A stretch of 62,670 bases of DNA from Candidatus Micrarchaeota archaeon (lineage in GTDB: Archaea; Micrarchaeota; Micrarchaeia; Micrarchaeales; CABMGC01). The stretch is taken from the NCBI GenBank assembly GCA_028866835.1, contig JAGWHJ010000003.1:1-62670 (forward strand), in the 5' to 3' direction. The translations under genes and the position numbers were made by a program. The notes under the pieces are model-generated. The model did no database searches, was not told the DNA's origin, and saw nothing but the letters and a program-made list of their open reading frames with translations. Below are positions 50,577 through 59,630 of this stretch, piece by piece (within the stretch, counting starts at the first letter, position 1; every line of letters starts with the position of its first letter).

Positions 50577-52121
50577 CTATTCCGTTGCGGAATTGAAGTC
50601 CAGGGCAGACAGCGTTCCTTTATGGGCATCGTATACCGGGAGCATCGCCGGCGTCGGCATGTGGCCCAGCTTCTGCTGGTACGACGTCCTTGCCTGCCAT
50701 GTGCCGCTGTTGATGACCAGAGTGCCGTGGTAGTCAGAGTAGCCGTTCTTGTGGAGGTGCCCCATGTGCAGTATGTCTGGCACGTCCTCCATTACCATCT
50801 GGTCCACCCTGCTTGGCACTATCGGATTGTCGCCGTATATCGGGGAGAGGTGCCTCCTCTTGAGGAGCTCAACCATCGCGGTCTCAGGCTTGGAGTAGCT
50901 GCATCCCTGTATCCCCTGTATCACCGAATCCAGCGATGTCCCATGATAGGAGAGTATCCGTATCCCTTCTATGGTTACGTATCCCGGATTCGATACTAGG
51001 TGCATGTTCGACTGCCTCAGGCCCGAAGTAAGCTCATTAGGGAGAACGGGCTGCGGCTCGGCCCTCTGCACAGCGTCGTGGTTTCCCGTGAGGACGAAGA
51101 TATGCACGTATTCCGGTATCTTCGAGAGCGATTCGAAGAGCATGGCATACTGCTTGTATATGTCGTCTACCGCCAACTCCTTCTGCTGGTTCGGGTACAC
51201 TCCTATGCCATCGACCAGGTCGCCGCTTATGACCAGCGCACGCACTTTCTCCGCGGCGGCCTTGTTGTAATCAAGGGAGCCGTTTATCCATTCTAGGAAC
51301 TTTGTGAACTGCTTGTCGAGGAAGAGCCTGCTGCCGAAATGTGTGTCTGACATGAATGCGATCCCGAGCTCCTCCTCGCATGTCCTGCGCTGGTGTATTG
51401 GTATGTCGGGCCTTGCAAGGTAATAGGCTATCAGGAAGGGATCCTTCGAGCTGCTGTCTCCAGAGAGTTTGCCCCTTACCGCTATGACCTCGTCGAGCAC
51501 TATCTTCTGCGCCTCGTCGAACATCGCAAGCACCTCGGGAGTCACGTTTCTTTCAGGCCTTGGGAACAGTATCTTAGCCGAGCCCGTCTCGTCGTCTATG
51601 GTGACAAGCACGTGCCCGTTCTTCGTTATCTTCTTGTCGTAGACTAGGCCTGCGATAGTGACCTCCCTGCTGTTCACGTACTGGCCAAGGCTCTGCACGC
51701 TGTTTATCATCCCCCCGAGCTTGGCGTTCCTCCCGTGCTGTATTATGTCCTTCAGCTTCCTGAGTCTGTCGCTGAAGTACCTCGCGAAATCGTTGACGTC
51801 GCCGGCCGTCTTCTCGGCCTTTATGCTCCTTATGGAAAATCTGAGGTCCGACCCCTTACCAACGGGCTTGAATGAGGCATTGCCAAGCACCTCTATCTCT
51901 ATCTGCGGCATAGCGGCAGACTTTTTTACGTCAAGTATGCCCGTCAATGTTGCCTTGTCAAGCACGCCGGGCTTGCTCTTATCCTTAAAGTAGTCAACTA
52001 TGTATGCGGTAAGAGATTCTATCTCGATGCCTTTTATGTCCTCCTCCTTTACGTCGGAGCTGACCACCGCTACCCCGTTCAGCCTCTTTGCTAGCTCTAT
52101 GATAAGCCTGTTGTCTGCCAT
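50577..52121 (-). CDS. polB: DNA polymerase D small subunit DP1
   Basis: SDTHFGS, GDLVDGIGVYP, GNHD, RRHLSPIYG, GHLH, NSGTWQ. Confidence 0.96.
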   Translation of the reverse strand: MADNRLIIELAKRLNGVAVVSSDVKEEDIKGIEIESLTAYIVDYFKDKSKPGVLDKATLTGILDVKKSAAMPQIEIEVLGNASFKPVGKGSDLRFSIRSIKAEKTAGDVNDFARYFSDRLRKLKDIIQHGRNAKLGGMINSVQSLGQYVNSREVTIAGLVYDKKITKNGHVLVTIDDETGSAKILFPRPERNVTPEVLAMFDEAQKIVLDEVIAVRGKLSGDSSSKDPFLIAYYLARPDIPIHQRRTCEEELGIAFMSDTHFGSRLFLDKQFTKFLEWINGSLDYNKAAAEKVRALVISGDLVDGIGVYPNQQKELAVDDIYKQYAMLFESLSKIPEYVHIFVLTGNHDAVQRAEPQPVLPNELTSGLRQSNMHLVSNPGYVTIEGIRILSYHGTSLDSVIQGIQGCSYSKPETAMVELLKRRHLSPIYGDNPIVPSRVDQMVMEDVPDILHMGHLHKNGYSDYHGTLVINSGTWQARTSYQQKLGHMPTPAMLPVYDAHKGTLSALDFNSATE

Positions 52122-52143
52122 AAACTAGACCCTGGCAGTTCTT

Positions 52144-52410
52144 TTACTCCTTGATCGACTCAAGCAGACTCAGTATGTTCCATATGACCGTTCTTGCATA
52201 CGGCGGCAGGTTTATGTCGTTGCTAACCTCATCTATCTTGTAGGTCGCGGCCGAAGACCTGACCGAATAGCCCCCCTGCTGATCGAGTGCCTTCTTTGCC
52301 TCGTCAAGCGCTACCTTCACATTCCTTGGCACGCTGTTGTCATTCAGTAGAAGGTCTATCTGTTGTTTTACTTGGGTTATCTTCTCATCAAATATCTTGT
52401 CGTTGCTCAT
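52144..52410 (-). CDS. UPF0147 family protein
   Basis: DNSVPRNVK, DEVSNDINLPPYART. Confidence 0.9.
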   Translation of the reverse strand: MSNDKIFDEKITQVKQQIDLLLNDNSVPRNVKVALDEAKKALDQQGGYSVRSSAATYKIDEVSNDINLPPYARTVIWNILSLLESIKE

Positions 52411-52497
52411 GGGGTCATCTCGAAGCGTAGCTGTGAGTGTATAGAAATATATAGCACCATGTTTTTATACCAGTGCCCCAAACCCTTTTATGCAACC

Positions 52498-53103
52498 TTA
52501 TCTTTGCAGCAACGGGGCAAGCTGCGCCCTCAGGTCCGCCGCCGTCGTGAAGAGATAGCCCCTCATCCCAAGCCGTACTGCAGCATCGACATTGATTTTT
52601 GTGTCATCAATAAATACCATCCCGCTTGGGAATACGGTTGCCTGGAGCGCCTTCTTCAGCTGCGCAATCACGTACCTGTACGCCTCCGGATCCGGCTTGA
52701 GGAGTTTCATTTCACAGGAAACGAAGTAGAAGTCCATTAGGTCATTGAACCGTGACTTTATCATCGTGCTCCTGCTTGCGTCCTCGTTTGTCATGAGCGT
52801 GATGAGATAGCCATTCGCCCTAAGCTCCATTGCAATCTTCGCGACCTCCTCATTCCGCTCGATGCCTTTATAGTAGTCCACCCACCTGACCTGCTCTTTC
52901 TTTATGTTGAGTTTCTCGGCGACGCTGCTCTCGAACATGTCGAGCGTTATCTGTCCTACGGCAAGCAGGTTTATCAGCGGCTGCACAGCCTCGCTCGCCT
53001 CCTCCACGGTAATTCCTGCGAGCCCGCCCAGGTACGACCTATACCTTGTAGGGGAGTAATCGTTGAGCACCCCATCCACGTCAAATATCGCCAGTTTTAT
53101 CAT
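52498..53103 (-). CDS. HAD-superfamily hydrolase
   Basis: IFDVDGVL, TN, KPDPEAY, FIDD...N. Confidence 0.9.
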   Translation of the reverse strand: MIKLAIFDVDGVLNDYSPTRYRSYLGGLAGITVEEASEAVQPLINLLAVGQITLDMFESSVAEKLNIKKEQVRWVDYYKGIERNEEVAKIAMELRANGYLITLMTNEDASRSTMIKSRFNDLMDFYFVSCEMKLLKPDPEAYRYVIAQLKKALQATVFPSGMVFIDDTKINVDAAVRLGMRGYLFTTAADLRAQLAPLLQR

Positions 53104-53119
53104 GTGCACCACTGTATCT

Positions 53120-53194
53120 CGGGCCCGACGGGATTTGAACCCGTGACCATCACCTTAGAAGGGTGCTGCTCTATCCAAGCTGAGCTACGGGCCC
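53120..53194 (-). tRNA. tRNA-Arg(TCT), intron-less, CCA not encoded
   Basis: GGGCCCG TA GCTC AGCTTGGATA GAGC A GCACC CT TCT AA GGTGA TGGTC ACGGG TTCAAAT CCCGT CGGGCCC G, with a G27-A43 mismatch. Confidence 0.95.
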
Positions 53195-53201
53195 GTGAGT
53201 A

Positions 53202-53924
53202 CTATATGTAAAAGAACTTTTTAACGTTCTCGGTCAGGCTGAATGCAGCATCGCTCAAATCAAGGCCCTTTACCTCAGCGACCATGCTTATTACATTCAA
53301 TATCTCCGCTGGCGTCTTGCCTGCCGCAGGGGAATCGGATTCGGCGACAATATTGTGTTCGTCAACTACGTTTATTATGCGCTTCCTCCTATCTAGGCCG
53401 ACAGGAGGTATGGATATCATGAAGCCGCGCTTGGCTAGTTCCGCGGCCTGCTCGGCATTCCCCTCGAAGAAATGGAACATTGCGCGCTCCAACTTCTCCT
53501 CCCTTACGATCTCAATGACTTCCTTGATCATGCCCCTGGAGTGTATCACCACCGGCACATCAAGCGATTTTGCTATGCTAATCTGTTCCGCAAACGCCTT
53601 CTTCTGCATATCGTGGCTCGCAGAAGTCACCTTCACATCGAGCCCCACTTCACCTATGCCGACGATGTGTTTGCTTGACTTGAGCAACCTCTCGAGCTCG
53701 CCTATGTGCCTGCTGTCGCTTGCAACGAAACTTGGATCTATGCCAACCACCCCGAACACATGCTGGTTCCCTGTAAGCTTAAGCGTAGCCTGGTTGCTCT
53801 TGTCACTTCCCCCCGCCGTTATCATGACCTTTACTCCATCGGCAACGGAATCCATGATAACCTTTTCAGGATTTTCGAAAAGGTCAAGATGGCAGTGCGC
53901 GTCAGCGAGCTCGGCATAGTGCAT
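53202..53924 (-). CDS. tatD: TatD family nuclease
   Basis: DAHCHLD, GIGEVGLD, IHSR, FHFF, ESDSP. Alternative start at 54014. Confidence 0.92.
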   Translation of the reverse strand: MHYAELADAHCHLDLFENPEKVIMDSVADGVKVMITAGGSDKSNQATLKLTGNQHVFGVVGIDPSFVASDSRHIGELERLLKSSKHIVGIGEVGLDVKVTSASHDMQKKAFAEQISIAKSLDVPVVIHSRGMIKEVIEIVREEKLERAMFHFFEGNAEQAAELAKRGFMISIPPVGLDRRKRIINVVDEHNIVAESDSPAAGKTPAEILNVISMVAEVKGLDLSDAAFSLTENVKKFFYI

Positions 53925-54090
53925 TCGGTTTTCCAATGTTGCGCTTCTGGTTGTCTGCGTGATGCAATCACCCCGAGTCGGTTCCTGCGGTCTTGGCGTG
54001 GTAATAGCCTGCATACTGTAGGTTAGTCCCTAATCAATACAATAGGTATTTATACTTTCAAAGAGCTTTAAAAGACCAGAGGTTTTATTC

Positions 54091-55158
54091 TTGCCAACGA
54101 AATCTAATAGGCGCAGTACGACGTCTACAACGGCCCAGTACAGCGACATGGTAAGGAGCTTCAAGATAGTTTCAACAGTAGCGCTTGTAGTGGGAATAGT
54201 CGCGATAGCGATAGGGGTCACCGCGCTTGTGTACTCGATAGGCAGGCCGCCTCCATCAAACACTATAATAATCGAAAATAGCACGCACAGCACAACCACA
54301 GTGAACCAGGCAGGGCCGGGGAGCAACCTCGCGGGGATAAACCAGCCCCTTAACGCAACGCAGCTTTCCATCATAAACAACGCCTCTAGCGCTTACTTTG
54401 AGCAGGCCGCGCTGATGCTTCTCAACGGGTCCATCAAAAACCAGATCAGCGACTCGGCCCCGTATGTCATCAAGCCGGTAACTCCATTCAAGTACGGCAA
54501 CAAGACAACCGTAGTCTATCTAGGGTCCATAACCTGCATATTCTGCGGCGAGAACAGGTGGGCCATGGCCCTCGCCCTTTCCAGGTTCGGGAACTTCACC
54601 AGCCTATACACCGGCTATTCCTCATTGGGCGACGGCGATGTGCCGACAATCTACTGGCTGCCCGATACGGTAAACTCGTCAAATGATGTCCTAGGAAATC
54701 ACTACGCAAGCAACCAAGTAGACTTCGTTGCAATAGAGGACACCAATCCTATATCCGGAGGGTTCCAGCTCAACTCCCTCTCCACCATACAGGCAAACAT
54801 ACAAAAGGCCAACAGCACGGAGTACAAAAGTGCGCTAAACTACATAATAAACCTCAGCAATAACAAGACAACCGCATTCTCCGGAACGCCTTATACGGTA
54901 TGGGGCAACCACCTGTTTCTGGGCGCAGACGCATCAGACTTCGGGAACACCACCAGCTCCGTGAACGGCTACCCAGAGATGTCCTACATGTCGCACGCGC
55001 AAATCTTCGACCAGCTAGCAAACCCCAACGACCAGTTCGCCTGGACGGAGTACGCGGCTGCTGACATCTACATAGTCTCGCTCTGCGATTCAACAGGCAA
55101 CGCCGCGCCCGTATGCAAGCTCGGCGGCATAAAGCTCCTGGAAGCCGAAGGGGTGTGA
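54091..55158 (+). CDS. DUF929-like membrane-anchored extracellular CxxC protein
   Basis: TM anchor, then YLGSITCIFCGENRWAMALALSRFGNF, DVPT, GTP (thioredoxin-like cis-Pro candidate). Confidence 0.75.
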   Translation: MPTKSNRRSTTSTTAQYSDMVRSFKIVSTVALVVGIVAIAIGVTALVYSIGRPPPSNTIIIENSTHSTTTVNQAGPGSNLAGINQPLNATQLSIINNASSAYFEQAALMLLNGSIKNQISDSAPYVIKPVTPFKYGNKTTVVYLGSITCIFCGENRWAMALALSRFGNFTSLYTGYSSLGDGDVPTIYWLPDTVNSSNDVLGNHYASNQVDFVAIEDTNPISGGFQLNSLSTIQANIQKANSTEYKSALNYIINLSNNKTTAFSGTPYTVWGNHLFLGADASDFGNTTSSVNGYPEMSYMSHAQIFDQLANPNDQFAWTEYAAADIYIVSLCDSTGNAAPVCKLGGIKLLEAEGV

Positions 55159-55164
55159 TCCCTG

Positions 55165-55677
55165 GTGGCCCGCCAATCGACCATAGGCCGGCTCACGATG
55201 CTGTCGATGATATTCAAGTCGCCCAGCTACATCGCGATAGCAATAGCAAGCGTCGTTATCAATTACCTGATCTTCATATCCCTGGTAAAGTACTCGAACC
55301 GCGGGATCCTTCTCGTAACGGCACCGCTGCCGCTGATATACCTGATCATTGCAACAGGGGCAATACTTTTCAGCATAGCGATATACTCCATACGCTACAA
55401 TGCCGCCAACAAATACGAGGAGACTTCAGTGGGGATACTCGGGTTTGCAATCCCCTCAATAGGCAGCATGATAGCGAGCTGCAGCTGCGCGTATCCCATC
55501 TTCGCGACAGCGCTTATAGCGGCAGGCACCAACATCTTCGCTGTATCAAACCTTGTCTCATGGGTGTCAATGTACCAGTCCTACATCCTGCTTGCGATCC
55601 TTTGCACAAACCTGGCCCTGGCCTACCTTTACCTTGGGGTCGTGGCGCGCGGGTGCAGCATAAAAAGGAGAAAATAA
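55165..55677 (+). CDS. Four-TM membrane protein with SCSC motif
   Basis: Hydrophobic segments and IASCSCAYP. Confidence 0.7.
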   Translation: MARQSTIGRLTMLSMIFKSPSYIAIAIASVVINYLIFISLVKYSNRGILLVTAPLPLIYLIIATGAILFSIAIYSIRYNAANKYEETSVGILGFAIPSIGSMIASCSCAYPIFATALIAAGTNIFAVSNLVSWVSMYQSYILLAILCTNLALAYLYLGVVARGCSIKRRK

Positions 55678-55756
55678 AAGCGAATAATACGTCTGCTAAT
55701 GCCCCTGTAAACCTCATAAATAGTGTTAAAAGCTTTATTGTGCCTAATCTATTGCT

Positions 55757-56239
55757 ATGGGGACTCTTTTTCCAATGGGAGCAGGCATAAGTAGGGTACG
55801 TGCAATTGTCAACATAATAAAGGAATTCGGGGGCTCTATAGAGATCTCGAGGCTTGCGGAGGAATCCAGAACCAACATCGACTCATTGCTCCCGCTTATC
55901 GAAGCCTCAAATCAGCTCGGGTTTACCAAAATAGTGGAATCCGAGATAAAGCTCACCCAGACCGGCGCAAAACTCAACATAAAGAACTCATCCGCGCTCG
56001 TCAAGGAGGGCCTGCAGAACCTTGAACCGTTCAAGACCACGAAGAAGATACTCGAGGAGCAGCACGACATAAGCTCGAAGGAACTGTTCGACGAGCTCAG
56101 CAGGCGCGGCCACGTGGTCCACGGAGACCGCGTCATAAACGACATGATGCTTAAGAAAGTGCTCATAAGATGGGGCGTCAGGAGCAAGATGTTCAGGTAC
56201 AGCACCGATACGGATATGTGGAGCCTTGCAAATTCCTAG
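55757..56239 (+). CDS. Stand-alone AAA-associated (wHTH-like) domain protein
   Basis: LFPMGAGISRVRAIV, ISRLAEE...IDSLLPLIEA...LGF...IKLTQTG, LIRWG...MFRY. Resembles the C-terminal domain of some NitT/TauT ATPases. Confidence 0.7.
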   Translation: MGTLFPMGAGISRVRAIVNIIKEFGGSIEISRLAEESRTNIDSLLPLIEASNQLGFTKIVESEIKLTQTGAKLNIKNSSALVKEGLQNLEPFKTTKKILEEQHDISSKELFDELSRRGHVVHGDRVINDMMLKKVLIRWGVRSKMFRYSTDTDMWSLANS

Positions 56240-56982
56240 CGGGCAAGGGTTGCATACACAAGGTCCACTATTTTTGTGAACTCAGGAGCACGCTTGTTCC
56301 TCGGCCTTGAGGAATTTATGTTTATTATGCGCTTTATCTTCGATGGTTTCGATGAGAGAACGACTATCTTGTTCGACAGTTCCACCGCCTCCTCAACGTT
56401 GTGCGTCACCATTATAACTGCATTTACCGAGATGTCCTTGCTCTCAAGCATGTATACTATGTCGCCTCTTAGCGTGTTTGCGGTAAGCTCGTCAAGGGCG
56501 CTGAAAGGCTCGTCCATGAGCAGCACCTCGGGGTCGGATGCTATGGCCCTGGCTATGCCGACACGCTGCTTCATCCCTCCGCTCAATGCATTTGGATAGC
56601 TAGATCCCAATCCAGAGAGGCCCACCCGCTCCAGGAGGTTCTTGGCTCTCCTTGCCTTTTCGTCATCGCTGATATCCACTCTTGAAAGCCCTATCTTCAC
56701 GTTCTCAAGGTTTGTGAGCCATGGCATCAGGGCGAAATCCTGGAATACGAAGGAGATCTTGCTAACAGGCCCGGCTATGCGCTTTTCATGGTACAGTATG
56801 TTTCCTCCCGATGATTTGACAAGACCGGCGATTATTCTCAGGAGCGTGCTCTTTCCGCATCCTGAAGGGCCTACTATGGATACGAAATCACCCTTATTAA
56901 CCGTGAAGGATACGTCGCTTATTATCTGCGGCCCTATGTCTGCATAGCCGAAACTGATATTCTCCAGATCTAGGATTTCCAT
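56236..56982 (-). CDS. ABC transporter ATP-binding protein (NitT/TauT family)
   Basis: GPSGCGKST, FQDFALMPW, LSGGMKQR, LLMDEPFSALD, VTHNVEEA. Confidence 0.95.
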   Translation of the reverse strand: MEILDLENISFGYADIGPQIISDVSFTVNKGDFVSIVGPSGCGKSTLLRIIAGLVKSSGGNILYHEKRIAGPVSKISFVFQDFALMPWLTNLENVKIGLSRVDISDDEKARRAKNLLERVGLSGLGSSYPNALSGGMKQRVGIARAIASDPEVLLMDEPFSALDELTANTLRGDIVYMLESKDISVNAVIMVTHNVEEAVELSNKIVVLSSKPSKIKRIININSSRPRNKRAPEFTKIVDLVYATLAR

Positions 56983-56986
56983 GTCT

Positions 56987-58567
56987 CTACCTATATATCT
57001 TTGACACTTCCTTATAAAATCTCTTCCACACGAAGGTGTTTATGAGCAATATCATCGCTACCATGTTGATGATGGCGACCACCATGAGCACGATGTTGTT
57101 CGATGCCAGCGCGCCGTCAAGCAGTCTGCCTATACCTGCGTTGACCGAGGTTATTGTCGCTGTAGTGCTGCTGCCTATCCCGCTGTAGGTGAAGTACTCT
57201 GCAACTATGCTCGCATTCCACTCGGCGGCTATTCCCGTCAATGCCCCCGTTATAAAGCCCGGTATCAGCGCCTTGACGTAGATGTTCCTCCATGCATTAA
57301 TTCCCTTTACTCCGAATACGCTGCGCACCTCGAAGACAGTGCCTGGCAGCGTGGCCCCGTTAGAGAGCATCCCGAATATTATGTACCAGAGGCCGCTAAG
57401 GAAGAAAATGATAAAAGCGACAAGTTCTCCCTGCATTGGGTAGCCCTGCAATTGCTGTGCTATGAGCGGCAGCAACACCGTAGCAGGTATGGACGATATT
57501 ATCTGGAACAGAGTTATGTACTTGCTCACCTTCCTGGATATGAATACCAGGTACACGCAAAGGGGCAGCGACACCACAACTATGAGCAAGAATGCGAGCC
57601 ATACGCGTGTGAAAGAAAATGCCAGGGAGTATATGACTTCGGCCTCATCGCCGATTAGCCATGGGGAAGTAAGCACGGCGTATCCTATGGCAATTGCAAG
57701 CACTATCGCGGCAACGGCATATGCGCGCCTCTGGTCTAAGGGTTTCATCCGCGCTCCGGCACTCTTGATCGCCTTTCGCGCACCAACAAGGCTGTATCGC
57801 GGTTTTGCCGTTGCTGCCTTCTTCGATCTGCCGCGCCTCATGCTTGAAAACCAGTTCTCCAGAGCGTGCTCATATTGGGATAGCCTTGGTGCAGGCCTTC
57901 TGTCAAGCCTCATGTACCTGCTCGCGTAGTTCTCCCATGGCCTGAAGAACAGGAACCTTGTCAGGACGACGAACAGGATGAAGACCGCTATGGCTGCCAG
58001 ATAATAACTCGTTGGTCCTGAAGAGAGCTTTACCAGCTGCACCCCTATCCCGTAGGTTACGGAGTAGTTGGAATTGCCTACAGAGAAGATCTCGCTGGTT
58101 ACAAGGTAGAAAAGGCCTATCGACCATGACAGTATTGATTGCTCGACAAGCTTGTTCATGCTGCCCGGTATGAAGATGAGCCTCGCCCTCTGGAAATAAT
58201 TTAGTTTATAGAGGTCGGCAAGCTCGAGGTACTCCCTCGGCATCGTCTTTACCGATTCGTAAACGCCGAATATCATGTTCCAGAGCATGCTCGTTATTAT
58301 GAGGAATATCACCGCGGTGTTGACCCCTATGTATCCCGGCAGGATGAAGACGAAGACATAGATTGCAAATGGGAAGAAGGCGAGTATCGGAAGCGTCTGG
58401 AATATGTCGAGTATCGGGAGGAGGAGTTTCTCGGCGGTTTCCGAGGTCGCCATCCATATGCCGACGATTATGCTTAAAGCTGCGGATAGGAAGAGCGCTA
58501 TAAACATCCTTGCCCATGAGGCCGATGTGGCCAGTATCAGCTGTAGGACAAGGCTCAGTACATCCAT
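56987..58567 (-). CDS. ABC transporter permease with two fused TM domains (NitT/TauT family)
   Basis: Two permease repeats (ASWARM...LDIFQTLPIL; SFTRVW...FQIISSIPA...WNASIVAEY). True start probably 58567. Confidence 0.9.
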   Translation of the reverse strand: MDVLSLVLQLILATSASWARMFIALFLSAALSIIVGIWMATSETAEKLLLPILDIFQTLPILAFFPFAIYVFVFILPGYIGVNTAVIFLIITSMLWNMIFGVYESVKTMPREYLELADLYKLNYFQRARLIFIPGSMNKLVEQSILSWSIGLFYLVTSEIFSVGNSNYSVTYGIGVQLVKLSSGPTSYYLAAIAVFILFVVLTRFLFFRPWENYASRYMRLDRRPAPRLSQYEHALENWFSSMRRGRSKKAATAKPRYSLVGARKAIKSAGARMKPLDQRRAYAVAAIVLAIAIGYAVLTSPWLIGDEAEVIYSLAFSFTRVWLAFLLIVVVSLPLCVYLVFISRKVSKYITLFQIISSIPATVLLPLIAQQLQGYPMQGELVAFIIFFLSGLWYIIFGMLSNGATLPGTVFEVRSVFGVKGINAWRNIYVKALIPGFITGALTGIAAEWNASIVAEYFTYSGIGSSTTATITSVNAGIGRLLDGALASNNIVLMVVAIINMVAMILLINTFVWKRFYKEVSKIYR

Positions 58568-58631
58568 TACTATATCAAAATCGAAGAGTAAATATAAGTC
58601 TTTGCGTGTTTTAATATATAGGGCGTTGCCG

Positions 58632-59621
58632 ATGGCAATTAATGCAAACTCAAGAAAGGCCCATGCGCCGGCTGCCGGAAGGAGAAAGGAAAAGCCGAGG
58701 CAGGCAAGGATCAGGCCAGTATTCCAACAGTTCGACAATGTAGAGGATATACTCATAAACCTCCTTCTGAATTCCAGGCAGCGGGGAGGCAGCACGGCAG
58801 TCTACGACATCCTATACAGCATGACCCAATCGACTTCAAACATAGGATATCTGCACGGATTCTCTGTTGGAAGAAGGATGGCCCTTGCGGCAGGGGGCAA
58901 GAACCATATACCTGATATACTCGAGAAGAGGAATTTTGGCAAGGTGATATACCAGCCTCTTCAGGACAGGCTTTCTATAAGCTCAACGGCCACCCCTCGT
59001 CTGCCTCTATCTATCAAAAAGAACATACATGTCTACGAGGCCGGGATAATAGCAGGATACATGTCAACGGCGACCGGAACAAGGCTCAGCGCCGTGGAGA
59101 CAAGGTGCACGTTCAACGAATCGGACTTCTGCCATTTCGTATGCTCCCCGTATGGCCACCGCGTGCGCGCTGTGGATGCTGGCAGCGCGAGTGTCATCGC
59201 ATCATTGGCAGAGGCGATAAGCAGGATGCCCTATCACGACCATGGCATAAGCTATGACTATTCCACACTGCACATCATGCCGCTCATCAGGGAGCCGCTT
59301 CTTCTCCATGAGGTGTCTGCAATAATGCACCTCGCAGGCGCAAGGCTCGCAACCGGCGTGCCCAAGACGGAGCTGGAGCCTATTGCGGAGAAGATAGGCG
59401 CAAGCATAGGGATACGCAACGTCTCAGTCGGCACGCTAAGGGCGGAGAAGGCGATAAGGATAAAGTACGGGCCCTACAACTCCACGGAAGGCTTCCTCAA
59501 GTTCTCCGCACAGCCGTTCATAGGCTTCGCAACCAGGCTTTTGGGCTCAAGGGCAAGCATATATAAAACAATCAACCAAGATAAGACCTATACTCTCTCG
59601 ATAGAGCTTACCCGGATTTAG
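58632..59621 (+). CDS. V4R-domain protein
   Basis: HVYEAGIIAGYMS...VETRCTFNESDFCHF. Start 58632 avoids overlap with the permease. Confidence 0.75.
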   Translation: MAINANSRKAHAPAAGRRKEKPRQARIRPVFQQFDNVEDILINLLLNSRQRGGSTAVYDILYSMTQSTSNIGYLHGFSVGRRMALAAGGKNHIPDILEKRNFGKVIYQPLQDRLSISSTATPRLPLSIKKNIHVYEAGIIAGYMSTATGTRLSAVETRCTFNESDFCHFVCSPYGHRVRAVDAGSASVIASLAEAISRMPYHDHGISYDYSTLHIMPLIREPLLLHEVSAIMHLAGARLATGVPKTELEPIAEKIGASIGIRNVSVGTLRAEKAIRIKYGPYNSTEGFLKFSAQPFIGFATRLLGSRASIYKTINQDKTYTLSIELTRI

Positions 59622-59630
59622 TGTTTGAAG

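Noticed and set aside
49849..50733. Long antisense or alternate-frame ORFs (e.g. 294 aa here; also 7266-7949, 47560-48315, 59714-60448)
   Set aside because: They overlap well-supported genes, show no motifs and are expected shadows of the codon bias.
58404..58795. Apparent 390-nt head-to-head overlap of the permease and V4R ORFs
   Set aside because: An artefact of longest-ORF start choice. Starts at 58567 and 58632 leave a 64-nt AT-rich divergent promoter.
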